A stretch of DNA of 26,093 nucleotides from Octopus sinensis (Eukaryota), in assembly GCF_006345805.1 (NCBI RefSeq), contig NW_021835639.1:1-26093 (forward strand), read 5' to 3'. A model generated the notes under the pieces. The model ran no database searches. It saw nothing but the letters and a program-made list of their open reading frames with translations, and was not told the DNA's origin. Within the stretch, counting starts at the first letter, position 1. Each line of letters starts with the position of its first letter. The position numbers and the translations under genes were made by a program. Shown here piece after piece: positions 9,385-19,764 of this stretch.

Positions 9385-10821
9385 TAATGATGGAAAGTAT
9401 CTGTTGTCCACAGCCAGCAGACTAAGGTGACACTAGTTTTACTGGTCATGCTTCAAGAACCCTGCGAAGAATCCTTGCAGTTCCAAACAATGCTCATTTT
9501 TGAAGGTGTCTACCTTCATGCTTGCACCAATCTTTTTCAGCCATGCTGGTAGTTGAGTGCTGATGCATCCAAGTGCGCCAATTATTATTGGTATCATGTC
9601 TGTTCTCTTCATTGGCCACAAACTTCTCATTTCAAATCGTCATTGTTTTTTCTTCTTTTACGTTGATCATGTTGTCACCGGCGCGTGCTATGTTGATTAT
9701 CATGCATGTTCACTCTTTTTTATTCACTTCAACACCGTCCGGTTTCCTATGTCAGGTCGGTTTATTGCACTGGATCATTGCATCCTACAGGATTTTGCAA
9801 TTCTCATTTTCTCTGACTCCTTCCGGTGTTTGCTACTACCGCGTCTTTGTTCTTTGTAGGTCCTGATTTTCACAGAGATCCCAATGGATCATTCTTGCCA
9901 CAGTGTCATGGCATCTTTTTTATTCGCGTTGTGCTAATTTCGAGCAATCGCTAACGATGTGCCATACCATTTCGCCCCTCTCACCGCACAATCTACATTT
10001 GTCTCTATCGGTAGTGTTGTCTATTCTGCATTTCATATTGTTGGTCCTTAACACTTGTTCTTGAGCTACGTATTCGAGTGTTTCTGTTCCTATCTTCAGG
10101 TCACTCTTCCTCACCCACAACCACCGGTCCTTTGTACCTGTCTTCTGTCCTCTGTATGGCCTTCACATCTCTTGCAAACTGACTGAATATTTTCTTTTCC
10201 TTCCAAGCATTTTCTATTTTTCTTTTACTCTTTTTTACTCTTTTTACTTGTTTCAGTCATTTGACTGCGGCCATGCCGGAGCACCGCCTTTAGTCGAGCA
10301 AATCGACCCCGGGACTTATTCTTTGTAAGCCCAGTACTTATTCTATCGGTCTCTTTTGCCGAACCGCTAAGTGACGGGGACGTAAACACACCAGCATTGG
10401 TTGTCAAGCAATGCTAGGGGAACAAACACAGACACACAAACATATTCACACACACTTATATATATATATACATATATACGACAAGCTTCTTTCAGTTTCC
10501 GTCTACCAAATCCACTCACAAGGCATTGGTCGGACCGGGGCTATAGCAGAAGACACGTGCCCAAGATGCCACGCAGTGGGACTGAACCTGGAACCATATG
10601 GTTGGTTAGCAAGCTACTTACCAAACAGCCACTCCTGCGCTTTTGTTCATTTCTTGTTTAAAATTTTCTTTCGTTACACAATTTTCAGTTTTAACGGCGC
10701 TGACCTCCTTAGTATGTTTCAGCAGTGGCTCCTCGGCTTTTATTTTTGTATACCACCCTAGCCTGTTTTCCTCTGCTTCGATACAGTCCTAGCAACTGAT
10801 CAAATCTCTCCTACCCTTTCC
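9385..10821 (-). mobile_element. 5'-truncated, decayed R4/Dong-clade RLE non-LTR retrotransposon (copy 1)
   Basis: Minus-strand translation: DCIEAEENRLGWY..QEMNK|KIENAWKEKK..WLWVRKSDLK..AQEQVLRT..CRLCGERGEMVWHIVSDC (CCHC knuckle)..HD..IHW..PIIIGALG. (TAA)n lies immediately upstream. Interrupted by a SINE at 10221-10640. Confidence 0.88.
10221..10640 (-). mobile_element. tRNA-derived SINE family C, full length, with internal (CA)/(TA) microsatellite
   Basis: Element strand starts gcgcaggagtggctgtttggtaag...ccaggttcagtccc (A/B-box-like) and ends in (aaaagagt)-type repeats. Sits inside the LINE ORF. Confidence 0.9.
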
Positions 10822-10902
<81 letters not shown>

Positions 10903-10918
10903 TATTATTATTATTATT
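10822..10918. repeat. (TTA)n / (TAA)n microsatellite joining LINE copies 1 and 2
   Basis: Directly visible. Confidence 0.97.
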
Positions 10919-11223
10919 CAGTAGTTTTATTTTTTATAGCGTGCTTTCACTTCACTACCGAGCGCAGCTCTGTGTGCCTTGGGTATGTGCTGTGATTTGT
11001 TGTGATGCTCTGATGGTTACTGTATTGAAAGTGTTTTGCGTAGGATGTGTGCAGTGCCTAGTAGTGCAATTTTCTGTATGTTATATGTGTTTGTAAGTCC
11101 TGGTGTTTTTGTTATGTATTTGTCTGAATATTTTTTTATCATGCCTAATGCACCTACTATGATAGGAATTGTTTCTGCTTTTAGATTCCACATTCGAGTT
11201 ACCTAAATCTCCAGGTCTTTGTA

Positions 11224-11227
<4 letters not shown>
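10919..11227 (-). mobile_element. Short 3' end of R4/Dong-clade LINE (copy 2) with 3'UTR
   Basis: Minus strand KYKDLEI*VTRMWNLKAETIPIIVGALGMIKK..QKIALLGTAHILRKTLSIQ* (stop 11017-11019), ~100 nt UTR, (TAA)n on both sides. Confidence 0.9.
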
Positions 11228-11276
<49 letters not shown>

Positions 11277-11303
11277 TATTATTATTATTATTATTATATT
11301 ATT
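11228..11303. repeat. (TTA)n microsatellite joining LINE copies 2 and 3
   Basis: Directly visible. Confidence 0.97.
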
Positions 11304-12068
11304 GTCATTTACTTTTAATCTGCATTTTTGGTGCAACCACTTGCCGGGGCACACCCAACGCCCTAGGGCAAGTGAAGGTTAAGAGTTGTTGAAATATAGC
11401 TGAAAGCTTGGGGAGGGGAAGTAGATAAATATTTCCATGTAATACAACACAAACATTTACATTGATAGGGTTTTTCTAAGGATGTGGGCAGTACTTGTTG
11501 GCACAATCTTTTGGATTTCCTTGAGACATGGTTCTCCTGGGATATTGTCTAGGTGTTTCTGACATCCCTTTTTTATCATACCTAGGGCACCTACAATAAC
11601 AGGAACAGTTTTTGTTTTAAGATTCCACATCTTTAGTATTTCGATTTCCAGGTCCTTATATTTACTAAGTTTGTCGAATTCCTTTACAGATATATTGTTA
11701 TCAGTGGGGACGCTTACCTCTATTAGTCTGCAGGTATTTTCTTCCCTGTCTTTAACAATTATGTCTGGTCGATTAGCCTTCATCGTTCTGTCAGTGTTGA
11801 CTGGAAAATCCCAGAGGATGGTGACATTTTTACCTTCAACAACTGGCTGAGGATGGCGTTCATACCAGTTAGCAGGAGTGCCAAATTTGTAGTGTTTACA
11901 TATCTTCCAATGTATATACTGTCCTACTCTATCGTGGCGATTTTTGTATTCGTTTGGTGTCAGCACAGGACATCCGGAAACGAGATGGTCTATTGTTTCG
12001 TCAAATGTGTCGCAGAATCTGCATTTAGGGTCAGTATCGTTTCGGAGAACGCTAGTCTGGTAATTTTT
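11304..12068 (-). mobile_element. R4/Dong LINE copy 3, 3' segment: CCHC knuckle, restriction-like endonuclease and 3'UTR
   Basis: ORF 11457-12131: NYQT..CRFCDTFDETIDHLVSGC..YKNRHD..RPDIIV..LIEVSVP..KLSKYKDL..VIVGALG..HILRKTLSM*. The PD-(D/E)xK motif is visible. Confidence 0.95.
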
Positions 12069-13095
12069 CTTTTTTTGCGTGGCACTGATCCCACTCTCAA
12101 ACGAATTGGATAATACCAGATATGGGTACAAAGTTTTTAGTAAGTCAATAAACCTCCTTTTCTATATGGACGACCTAAAGCTGTTTGCCAGCTGTTTGAC
12201 CAAGAGCTAGAAGGGCTGTTAACAACTGTTAAAGAGTTTAGCAATGATATCGGAATGGATTTTGGCCTTGATAAGTGTGCTAAAGCAACTTTTATAAGAG
12301 GCAAGCTGAAGCAAACAGATTCTGTTAAATTAGATATTGACACTACCATCAAGGAACTTGACCCACAAAAAAGTTACAAATACCTAGGAATCAACGAAGG
12401 AGATGGTATACATCATGCTACTATGAAGGAAAAAATAAGAAAGGAATACTATAGGAGAATAAGGCTTGTACTGAAGACTGAACTCAACTCCAAAAATTGC
12501 ATTGAGGCCATTAACACCCTGGCACTTCCAGTAGTCCAGTACAGTTTTAACATTATTAACTGGAACCTTACGGAACTCCAACGCTTGGTCAGGAAGACAA
12601 GAAAATTACTGACATCCAAGAACATGCACCACCCTAAGGCAGATGTAGACCGCCTGTACCTACCTAGAATCAGCGGGGGGAGAGGAATGATGCAATTAGA
12701 GCTGTGCTATAAGACCTCCACTGTAGGAATGAACAGGTACCTATCTAGTACAAAGGACTGGATGCTGCGACTTGTGTGCGAACACGAAAGCAACAAAAAG
12801 CTGCATTCTATTGTCAAGGAAGCTTATAAGTTCGAAAGGGAACTAGACATTAACCTTGAATCAGATGAAGAGCCGGAAACCACTGCTACCAAGCAAGCAA
12901 AGCGAATCAAGCAGACTGCAAAAAAACGGGCAGAATCAAATTGAGAGGCGGTGGAGCCAGAAGCCCCTGCATGGACAATATATTCTCCGAAGCCAAAATG
13001 CTGATGTAGACCAAGCAACAACCCATCAGTGGCTGAAGAGTTCTGGATTGAAAGCAGAAACTGAAGGCTTCATATTGGCAGCACAAGATCAAAGC
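12069..13095 (+). mobile_element. R4/Dong LINE copy 3, inverted 5' segment: C-terminal half of reverse transcriptase
   Basis: Plus strand FCVALIPLSNEL..LFYMDDLKLFA../..FGLDKC..YKYLG..LYLPRISGGRG..PLHGQY..GLKAETEGFILAAQDQS. Two frameshifts (~12190, ~12925). Confidence 0.95.
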
Positions 13096-13100
13096 GATCT

Positions 13101-13139
13101 TTTATTATTATTATTGTTATTATTATTATTATTATTATT
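13101..13139. repeat. (TTA)n microsatellite joining LINE copies 3 and 4
   Basis: Directly visible. Confidence 0.95.
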
Positions 13140-13727
13140 CTATGTTTGACTTTTGCTTTATATTTGTACAAGTTGGCTCCAAGTCTCACCCAGAGACCTC
13201 AAGAGACAACAGGGTTGGAAGTTCATGTTGTTGTTATGCCTAGTGTGCCATATATTTGGGGGTGGGGATGTTGTACTAATGAATGTCTAAAAAAAAAAAG
13301 GTTTTTTTTTTTTTTTTTTAACCGAAAATTAGTTTGTTTTAAACCTTGAGATTACATAGAGAGTATTTTGCGTAGGATATGAGCAGTTCCCATGAACACT
13401 ATCTTTTGAACTTCTGCCATTTTTGGGTTTCCTGGTATCTGAGTTAGGTAGCAATCAGCCCCTTTTGCTATCATTCCCAGGGCACCTATGACAACAGGTA
13501 TTGTTTTAGTCTTCAGCTTCCACATTTTGCTGATTTCTATTTCAAGATCTTTATATTTGCTCAGTTTTTGGTAGGTCTTGACAGATACGTTTATATCGAT
13601 TGGGACAGTCATATCAATGAGGAGGCATGTTCTTTGTTTGAAGTCTTTCAATATGATGTCTGGCCTATTTGCATCTATCTTCCTGTCAGTTTGAATGGTG
13701 AAGTTCCAGAGGAGTGAGATGTGGTCA
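13140..13727 (-). mobile_element. R4/Dong LINE copy 4, 3' part (endonuclease and 3'UTR)
   Basis: DHISLLWNFTIQTDRKIDANRPDIILKDFKQRTCLLIDMTVP..KLSKYKDL..VVIGALG..HILRKILSM* (stop 13352-13354), ~210 nt UTR, then (TAA)n. Confidence 0.93.
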
Positions 13728-13728
13728 C

Positions 13729-13729
13729 A

Positions 13730-13778
<49 letters not shown>

Positions 13779-13810
13779 CATTATGATCATCATCATCATC
13801 ATCATCATCA

Positions 13811-13897
<87 letters not shown>
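13729..13897. repeat. Compound trinucleotide tract (AAT)5-(ATT)n-(ATC)n-(ATT)n-(AGT)n
   Basis: Directly visible. Confidence 0.97.
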
Positions 13898-14262
13898 TTT
13901 TTATTTTTATTTTTAATTTTATTTCTTCGCGAATGTACTTTCTTCTATATGACTCAGCACAGTTCACTGTCGAAAATGGAATCGATTGGGGATCGTCTCC
14001 AGCTATCCTAGGCATTTTATTCCCTACTAGAAGAGAATCGAGCGAAGTGATGAATTTGCGCACGCGCGCGTATGTGGCGAGGGTTAGGGTTAGGTGGTGG
14101 TGGTGGTTCTCTTCTACAGTGACCGACAAGTATATACTTCGCTAGGAAAAAATGGTATTCACGAAAAATCCACAGAATTACCAAGAATTGTCTGCAACTT
14201 CGTGAGTTTATATTAAGGCAATCTGCATCACTAAGCATGTGAGTGCGCATTTTTGTATGCTT

Positions 14263-14475
14263 GTGTGTGTGTGTGTGTGTGTGTGAGTGTGTGTGAGTGT
14301 GTGTGTGTGAGTGTTTGTGTGTGTGTTTGTGTGTGTTTGTGTGTGTTTGTGTGTGTGTGAGTGTGTGTGTGTGTGAGTGTGTGTGTGTGTGTGAATGTGT
14401 GTGTGTGTGTGTGTGTGAGTGTATGTGTGTGTGTGTGTGCGCGCGTGGGTGTGTGTGCGTGTGTGTGCGTGCGTG
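14263..14475. repeat. Degenerate (GT)n microsatellite
   Basis: Directly visible. Confidence 0.95.
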
Positions 14476-14924
14476 CTGCGGCGAAGGGGATTGGGTGTGT
14501 GGTCGAGGAAAAATTTGCTAAACTCATGGGAAGAAAATAAAATAATAATCAAACATGGAAACAAATGGCAACGTTATGTGTGTGTGCATAGAAAGGTCTC
14601 GGAGTTCCATTGTGGTATTTATTCTCTGGTGAATAGTCTGCGACTCAGTCTTATTTCTATGACATATGCTCTGCTAAGCCCTTTAATTCCTGTCCAATTC
14701 TATCCTTGGCCATTCTGCAGACACTTACTTAGAATCACATCACAAAAACCATTCCATCCTAATATATCAAATGAAATAAAGACTAGTGTTTCACTCTCTC
14801 TCCCTTCTACTCTCTCTCCCCCTCTCTCTCTCTCTTTTTCCCGCTTTTCTTTTTCATCTTTCCTTCTTTCTATTTGTTTTCCGTTCTCCATACTCACTTC
14901 TCATACTGCGTCTGTCTCTCTAGA

Positions 14925-15330
14925 TGTCTGTGTATGTGTGTGTACGTGTATGTGTGTGTGAGTTTATGTGTGTGAGTATATGCGTGTGTGAGTGTACATG
15001 TTTGTGCGAGTGTATCTGTGTACGAGTGTATGTATGCGCGAGTGTGTGTGTGAGTGTATATGTGTGTGCGTGAGTTTATGTGTGTGTAGGAGTGTATGTG
15101 TGTGAGTGTGTGTGTAGGAGTGTGTTTGCGTGTGCGAATGTATCTGTATGCGTGTGTATGCATGTGTGAGTGTATATGTGTGTTTGAGTGCATGTATGTG
15201 TTAGTATATGTATGCGTGAGGGTGTGTCTTTTTTGTGTATTGTGTGAATGCATGTGTATGTTTATGTGCGTGTGAGTATGACTGTGTGTGTGTATGTGTA
15301 AGTATGTATATATGGGTATGTATGTGTATC
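14925..15330. repeat. Long degenerate (GT)/(GTAT)-rich low-complexity tract
   Basis: Directly visible. Confidence 0.9.
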
Positions 15331-16055
15331 TATAAATATTCATTTTTCCCCTATCCACTATTTCAGTCTCTGGTTATTTCTGTCCTTTCAGTACGCCTTT
15401 GCTCCCTTTTATTGTTTATTTATTTCTTTGTTTATTTGTTTGTTTATTTGTTTGTTATCCTTAATCCAGGGGAGTCCGCCAAATCGGTTTCAACCACTTT
15501 CATCATACATTAGTTTGTTCAGATGCTTAATAAAAATATCAATCTTGTTAAAATAACATAAACTGATCTACCTCGACATTATGTAAGATAGATACTAAAT
15601 TACATGCAGCATATGCAATAAATGTATCTGTGTGTACAAACGTGCGTTTGTGTGCATTTCTGTGTGTGTGTGCGCGCGCGCGAGTGTGTGTGTCTCTAAT
15701 AATTGTAATTGCGCATGAAGGTCCCCCAATGCTAGCTTCGATGAGACTTTCGAAATACGCTTCAGAATTCATTTGAAACAATAAATAATCAAAACGTAAG
15801 TATTGATATGAGAGAGAAGTATATATATAAAAAGATTCGTATGTATACATATATTAATATGTATGTACATACATACAGATTCATGAGATTTTTTCTATAC
15901 ACATCCAATGACTATGGAGGTTCGATAGAATAAAAAAAAAGGGTTCAATGAGGCTCAAAGGCAAAAAATGGTCGAAAACCACTGATGTATATAGAAACAC
16001 GTGCATATACCGGCGTATATGTACTATACAGCTCCTAAACGGCCATATTATTGGC

Positions 16056-16258
16056 TTCAGATTTTGGCACAAGGCCAGCATTTCGATTGCAGGGCTAAGT
16101 CGACTATATCGTCATCAGTGCTCAACTGGTACTGATTTTTATCAACCCAGTAATGAGGACAGAAGGCAAAGTTGATCTCGGTAGAATTTGAACATAAAGA
16201 CTTAAAATGCCGCTAAGCATTTTGCCCGCTGTGCTAACTCTTCTGGCATTTCGCCGCC
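16056..16258 (-). mobile_element. Degenerate SINE family B
   Basis: ttttggcacaaggccagc...ggcaaagttgatctcggtagaatttgaac...gccgctaagcattttgccc...cgccgcc aligns with 2552-2762. Confidence 0.82.
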
Positions 16259-16267
16259 TTAATAATA

Positions 16268-16317
<50 letters not shown>

Positions 16318-16343
16318 TAATAATAATAATAATAATAATAATG

Positions 16344-16381
<38 letters not shown>

Positions 16382-16405
16382 GATGATGATAATAATGATA
16401 ATAAT
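16259..16405. repeat. (AAT)n microsatellite with GAT variants
   Basis: Directly visible. Confidence 0.97.
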
Positions 16406-16408
16406 ATC

Positions 16409-17029
16409 TGAAGTCTTTCAATATGATGTCTGGCCTATTTGCATCTATCTTTCTGTCAGTTTGAATGGTGAAGTTCCAGAGGAGTGAGATGTGGTCATTT
16501 TCAAGCACTGGAGGTAGTTTGTGTTCCCACCAGTTTTTTTCAATGGGCAAATCCAGGTTTTTGCAAATTACCTAGCGAAAATATTGTGCAGCTCTATCAT
16601 GCCTGTTGAGATACTCTGTAGGCGCTAGAAGACTGCATTTGGAGACAACATGATCAATGGTTTCATTTTGTTGTCGGCATACACGACATGTTGGGCTACT
16701 GCCGTTCTTTAATATGTTGGCCTGGTAGTTTCTTGTTGGTAGGCATTGATCTTGAGCTGCTATGATAAACCGTTCTGTTTCAGATTTTAAGCCAGAGGCC
16801 ATTAGCCATTGATGGGTCAGGGCTTTGTCAACATCTGCATTATTCGCTCTCTTTGGGTATTTGCCATAGAGAGGTTTTTCTTGTCATTTATCATTCAGAA
16901 TATCTAAGGCCGCAGTTTTAACACGGGTTTTCATGCGCTTAGCTTTTTCTGTGCTTGTTTCTTGTATGTCTATCTCTAATTCCGAAATTTGTTGTATTCG
17001 GAATTCACTTAGATATTCCTTTGCCTGTT
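16409..17029 (-). mobile_element. R4/Dong LINE copy 4, 5' part (RT C-terminus, CCHC knuckle, start of RLE)
   Basis: KQAKEYL..PLYGKY..GLKSETERFIIAAQDQCLPTRNYQ..CRVCRQQNETIDHVVSKC..RHD..RPDIILKDF. Its last 89 bp duplicate 13639-13727. Confidence 0.92.
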
Positions 17030-17075
17030 TATTATTATTATTGTTGTTGTTGTTGTTATTATTATTATTATTATT
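17030..17075. repeat. (ATT)/(GTT)n microsatellite
   Basis: Directly visible. Confidence 0.95.
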
Positions 17076-17450
17076 GGATGCAAACACAGCATTAGAGCAG
17101 AAGTAAACAACATAGCATGGTATGTAAAAAATGCCACAGAACAGCTATTATAGACGTAAGAAGGTCAGGCTTATGCAGGTTGAAAGATTGCAAAGATAAA
17201 GCACTATACAAGAAATTGAAAACGAATGAAACTGAAAATAGGTGGGTAAAGAAAAGAATGCATGGTGAATTTCATATGGATGTTGAAGATAAAACAGACA
17301 GAGTAAAAGTGATTTAAAACTGGAAACGGAGGCTGTAATCCGTGCTGCTCAAGAGCAAGTACTAAGAACAAAAAACAAACTACATAAAATATAGAATAGA
17401 CAACACATCAGATAAGTGATAAGTGCAGAATCGGTGGACAAAACGGTGAA
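17076..17450 (+). mobile_element. Decayed internal fragment of R4/Dong LINE (copy 5)
   Basis: SIRAEVNNIAWYVKNATEQLL..RMHGEF../DLKLETEAVIRAAQEQVLRT../YIKYRIDNTSD..KCRI with frameshifts. Same AQEQ lineage as copy 1. Confidence 0.8.
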
Positions 17451-17492
17451 ATGCCGCTAAGCTTTTTGCCCGGCTGCTAACGATACTGTAAA
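17449..17492 (-). mobile_element. Small fragment of SINE A/B head
   Basis: aaatgccgctaagctttttgcccggctgctaacg resembles aaataccgctaagcatttcgcccggagtgctaacg. Confidence 0.55.
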
Positions 17493-18289
17493 CCCGACGA
17501 CTTATTGGAGCTTTCGGCGCGAATGCCAATCAGTATAGCATGTCGTTTCCAAATTTCTGGCAGAATAAATTGCGTCATGGTGTTGTTTTTCTCGCAGACA
17601 GTGCTCAAATGATCCTACTATACTGTGTAGTCAACACAATGAAAAACAATCCATGAGCATGCGCGAAATAAAATATATAAAATGGCGACAGTTTTCCCAT
17701 CGCATCCTGTATATATTTTGAGTTCTGCTTTTTCCTGTTTACTTTGTATAACTGTATGTTTAAGGTTCCGGATTCAATCCCATCGCATGGCTTCTTGGAC
17801 ATACATAATTTTCCGTAACCTTAAACTCATACCCTGTGGGTAGATAGTAACTGAACAAAAACTTGTCGGATGGATTGTACCATAACCCAAAAGGATACAC
17901 ACTCTGTATCAGGTTGATTCCACTTAAAAATTGCATGGAAGGTACATGTTCCTGTGAAATGGCCAATTACGTACATATTAATTTAGGAGCAGGTAATTCG
18001 ACTGTTTCGAGAACTGAATTCTCATCGTCGAATTCGACGGATACCCACCACTACCGTCATCACTACCATTACTTTGTATGAAGGTAAATCATCTCGTTGC
18101 AGAGATTTCATTATTGACCTGCCGGAATAATTATATAATATTCGTGTATAGGAATTAATATTAATGAGTTCATTTCTAAGTATTGCTAATATCGTTTTTG
18201 GTGACATGACACGTATATAAAACGTGCAACTCTAAGAATTGAACTATCGCATTTCAAACAAGTTAGATCTCATTCAGTGATAAGCAGAC

Positions 18290-18790
18290 ATTCTCTCTCT
18301 CTCTTTCTCTCTCTCTCTCTCCCTATCAATCACACGCACATATACACACACACACACTTTCTCCTTCCTCTCTCTCTCACACTCTATCTTTTTATCTCTT
18401 TCTCACACACAAACACATAAACTCTTTCTCTTCCCCGCTCTCTCTCTCACACACACACACATACACACAACGCACACAACACACACACGCTCTCTCTCTC
18501 TTTCTCTCTCTTACACACGCGCACACACACAAAAACACACGCTTACACATACACACTTATACACACAAACACACGAACACACTTCTTCTCTCTCACACAA
18601 ACACGCATTTTCTGTTTTTCTTTTTCTCACATACATACACACACTCTTTTCTTTCTTTCTCTCTCTCTCTCTCTCACACACAACACACACACACCTCTCT
18701 CTTTCTCTCTCTTACACATGCTCACGCACACAAAAACACATGCATACACACACACTTTCTCTCTTCCTCTCTCTCTCCCCCGTCTTCCTC
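18290..18790. repeat. Compound (CT)n/(CA)n array with higher-order repetition
   Basis: Alternating CT and CA blocks. Motif ctctttctctctcttacaca...cacacaaaaacaca occurs at ~18498-18540 and ~18698-18740. Confidence 0.9.
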
Positions 18791-19099
18791 TTAGTCCGGT
18801 CTTCTTTTGTATGTTTCTTACAAGAATATGTCGCCTGGTGATGGAGGTCTTGTAATTAGTCTGCGAAAGTGAATTCCATAACGTAACACAGAACGTATTA
18901 ATTAAATCTATATAATTAAGTTTGTTTAAGCTTTGTTCTAAAATAATTTTGGAGTTATAATCCCCATTGAGAATACCCACCTCTGGTAACCGAAGAATCG
19001 CATTTTTGACCTCTGTACTCCTCTAAATTAATTATATGCGCTATGGGGTGTTACCACTTAATTTCACATGTTTGTATTTTGTTACTTGCCTGTGCGTGC

Positions 19100-19190
19100 A
19101 TGTGTATGTATGTATGTATGTATGTATGTATGTATGTATGTATGTATGTATGTATGTATGTATGTATGTGTACACCTGTATGTATGTGTG
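19100..19190. repeat. (TATG)n microsatellite
   Basis: Directly visible. Confidence 0.95.
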
Positions 19191-19589
19191 TTTGCTTATA
19201 CATGCGTATACACACATACATATACGCACAGACACTCAGACATAATACAGAGACACAGAAATGCGTGCATGTTTGTTTTCAGGTTTCACAACAAAGAAAC
19301 AATTGCATGATGAAGAAAAAAGGAAAAAAGTGCTCAATACCTATCGCAGAGTTTTATCCAACGCATTTTCAGCTGATAACTTCACTCACTGAAGATTGGA
19401 AACGCGAATATCGGAAGCGAACTGAGTAAAAATTTCAGCTCCGCGGGTGGATACCGAGTTTTTCTGTACAAAAAGGATTTGTAACCCAATGTTTCTACAT
19501 GTTGTTATTCATCATTATAAGAGTGTGCTTCAAGATACTCCAAAAGGAATTGAGTTCGTGTTCTTTCAAAAAATTTATGAAATCGTTAT

Positions 19590-19685
19590 GAATACATACA
19601 TACATATATAATACACACACCACACACACATACACACACACACATAACACACACACACACACACAACACACACAACACACCCCAC

Positions 19686-19722
<37 letters not shown>

Positions 19723-19764
19723 GCATATATCATACATAGATACATTCATATATATATTTATATA
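19590..19764. repeat. (CA)n-(TA)n compound microsatellite
   Basis: Directly visible. Confidence 0.93.

Noticed and set aside
9325-9385. LINE copy 1 as a telomere-repeat-targeting element
   Set aside because: Its 3' end is separated from the array by ~60 bp of non-telomeric DNA, and its 5' flank is (TAA)n. No direct junction.
10822-13727. CRISPR-like repeat/spacer pattern
   Set aside because: The repeats are variable-length microsatellites and the spacers are LINE fragments of 0.3-1.8 kb in eukaryotic DNA.
13714-15513. Many ORFs with poly-I/M/S, HT and VC repeats
   Set aside because: Translations of tri- and dinucleotide microsatellites. The same applies to ORFs at 730-924, 19036-19749, 23372-24030 and 25258-25506.
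17765-17815. SINE-C-like head (ggttccggattcaatcccatcgcatggcttcttgg)
   Set aside because: Only a short B-box-like similarity. Too degenerate to call by eye.
18830-18980. TLWNSLS motif reminiscent of CR1/L2 RT C-terminus
   Set aside because: One short motif with no supporting upstream RT motifs.
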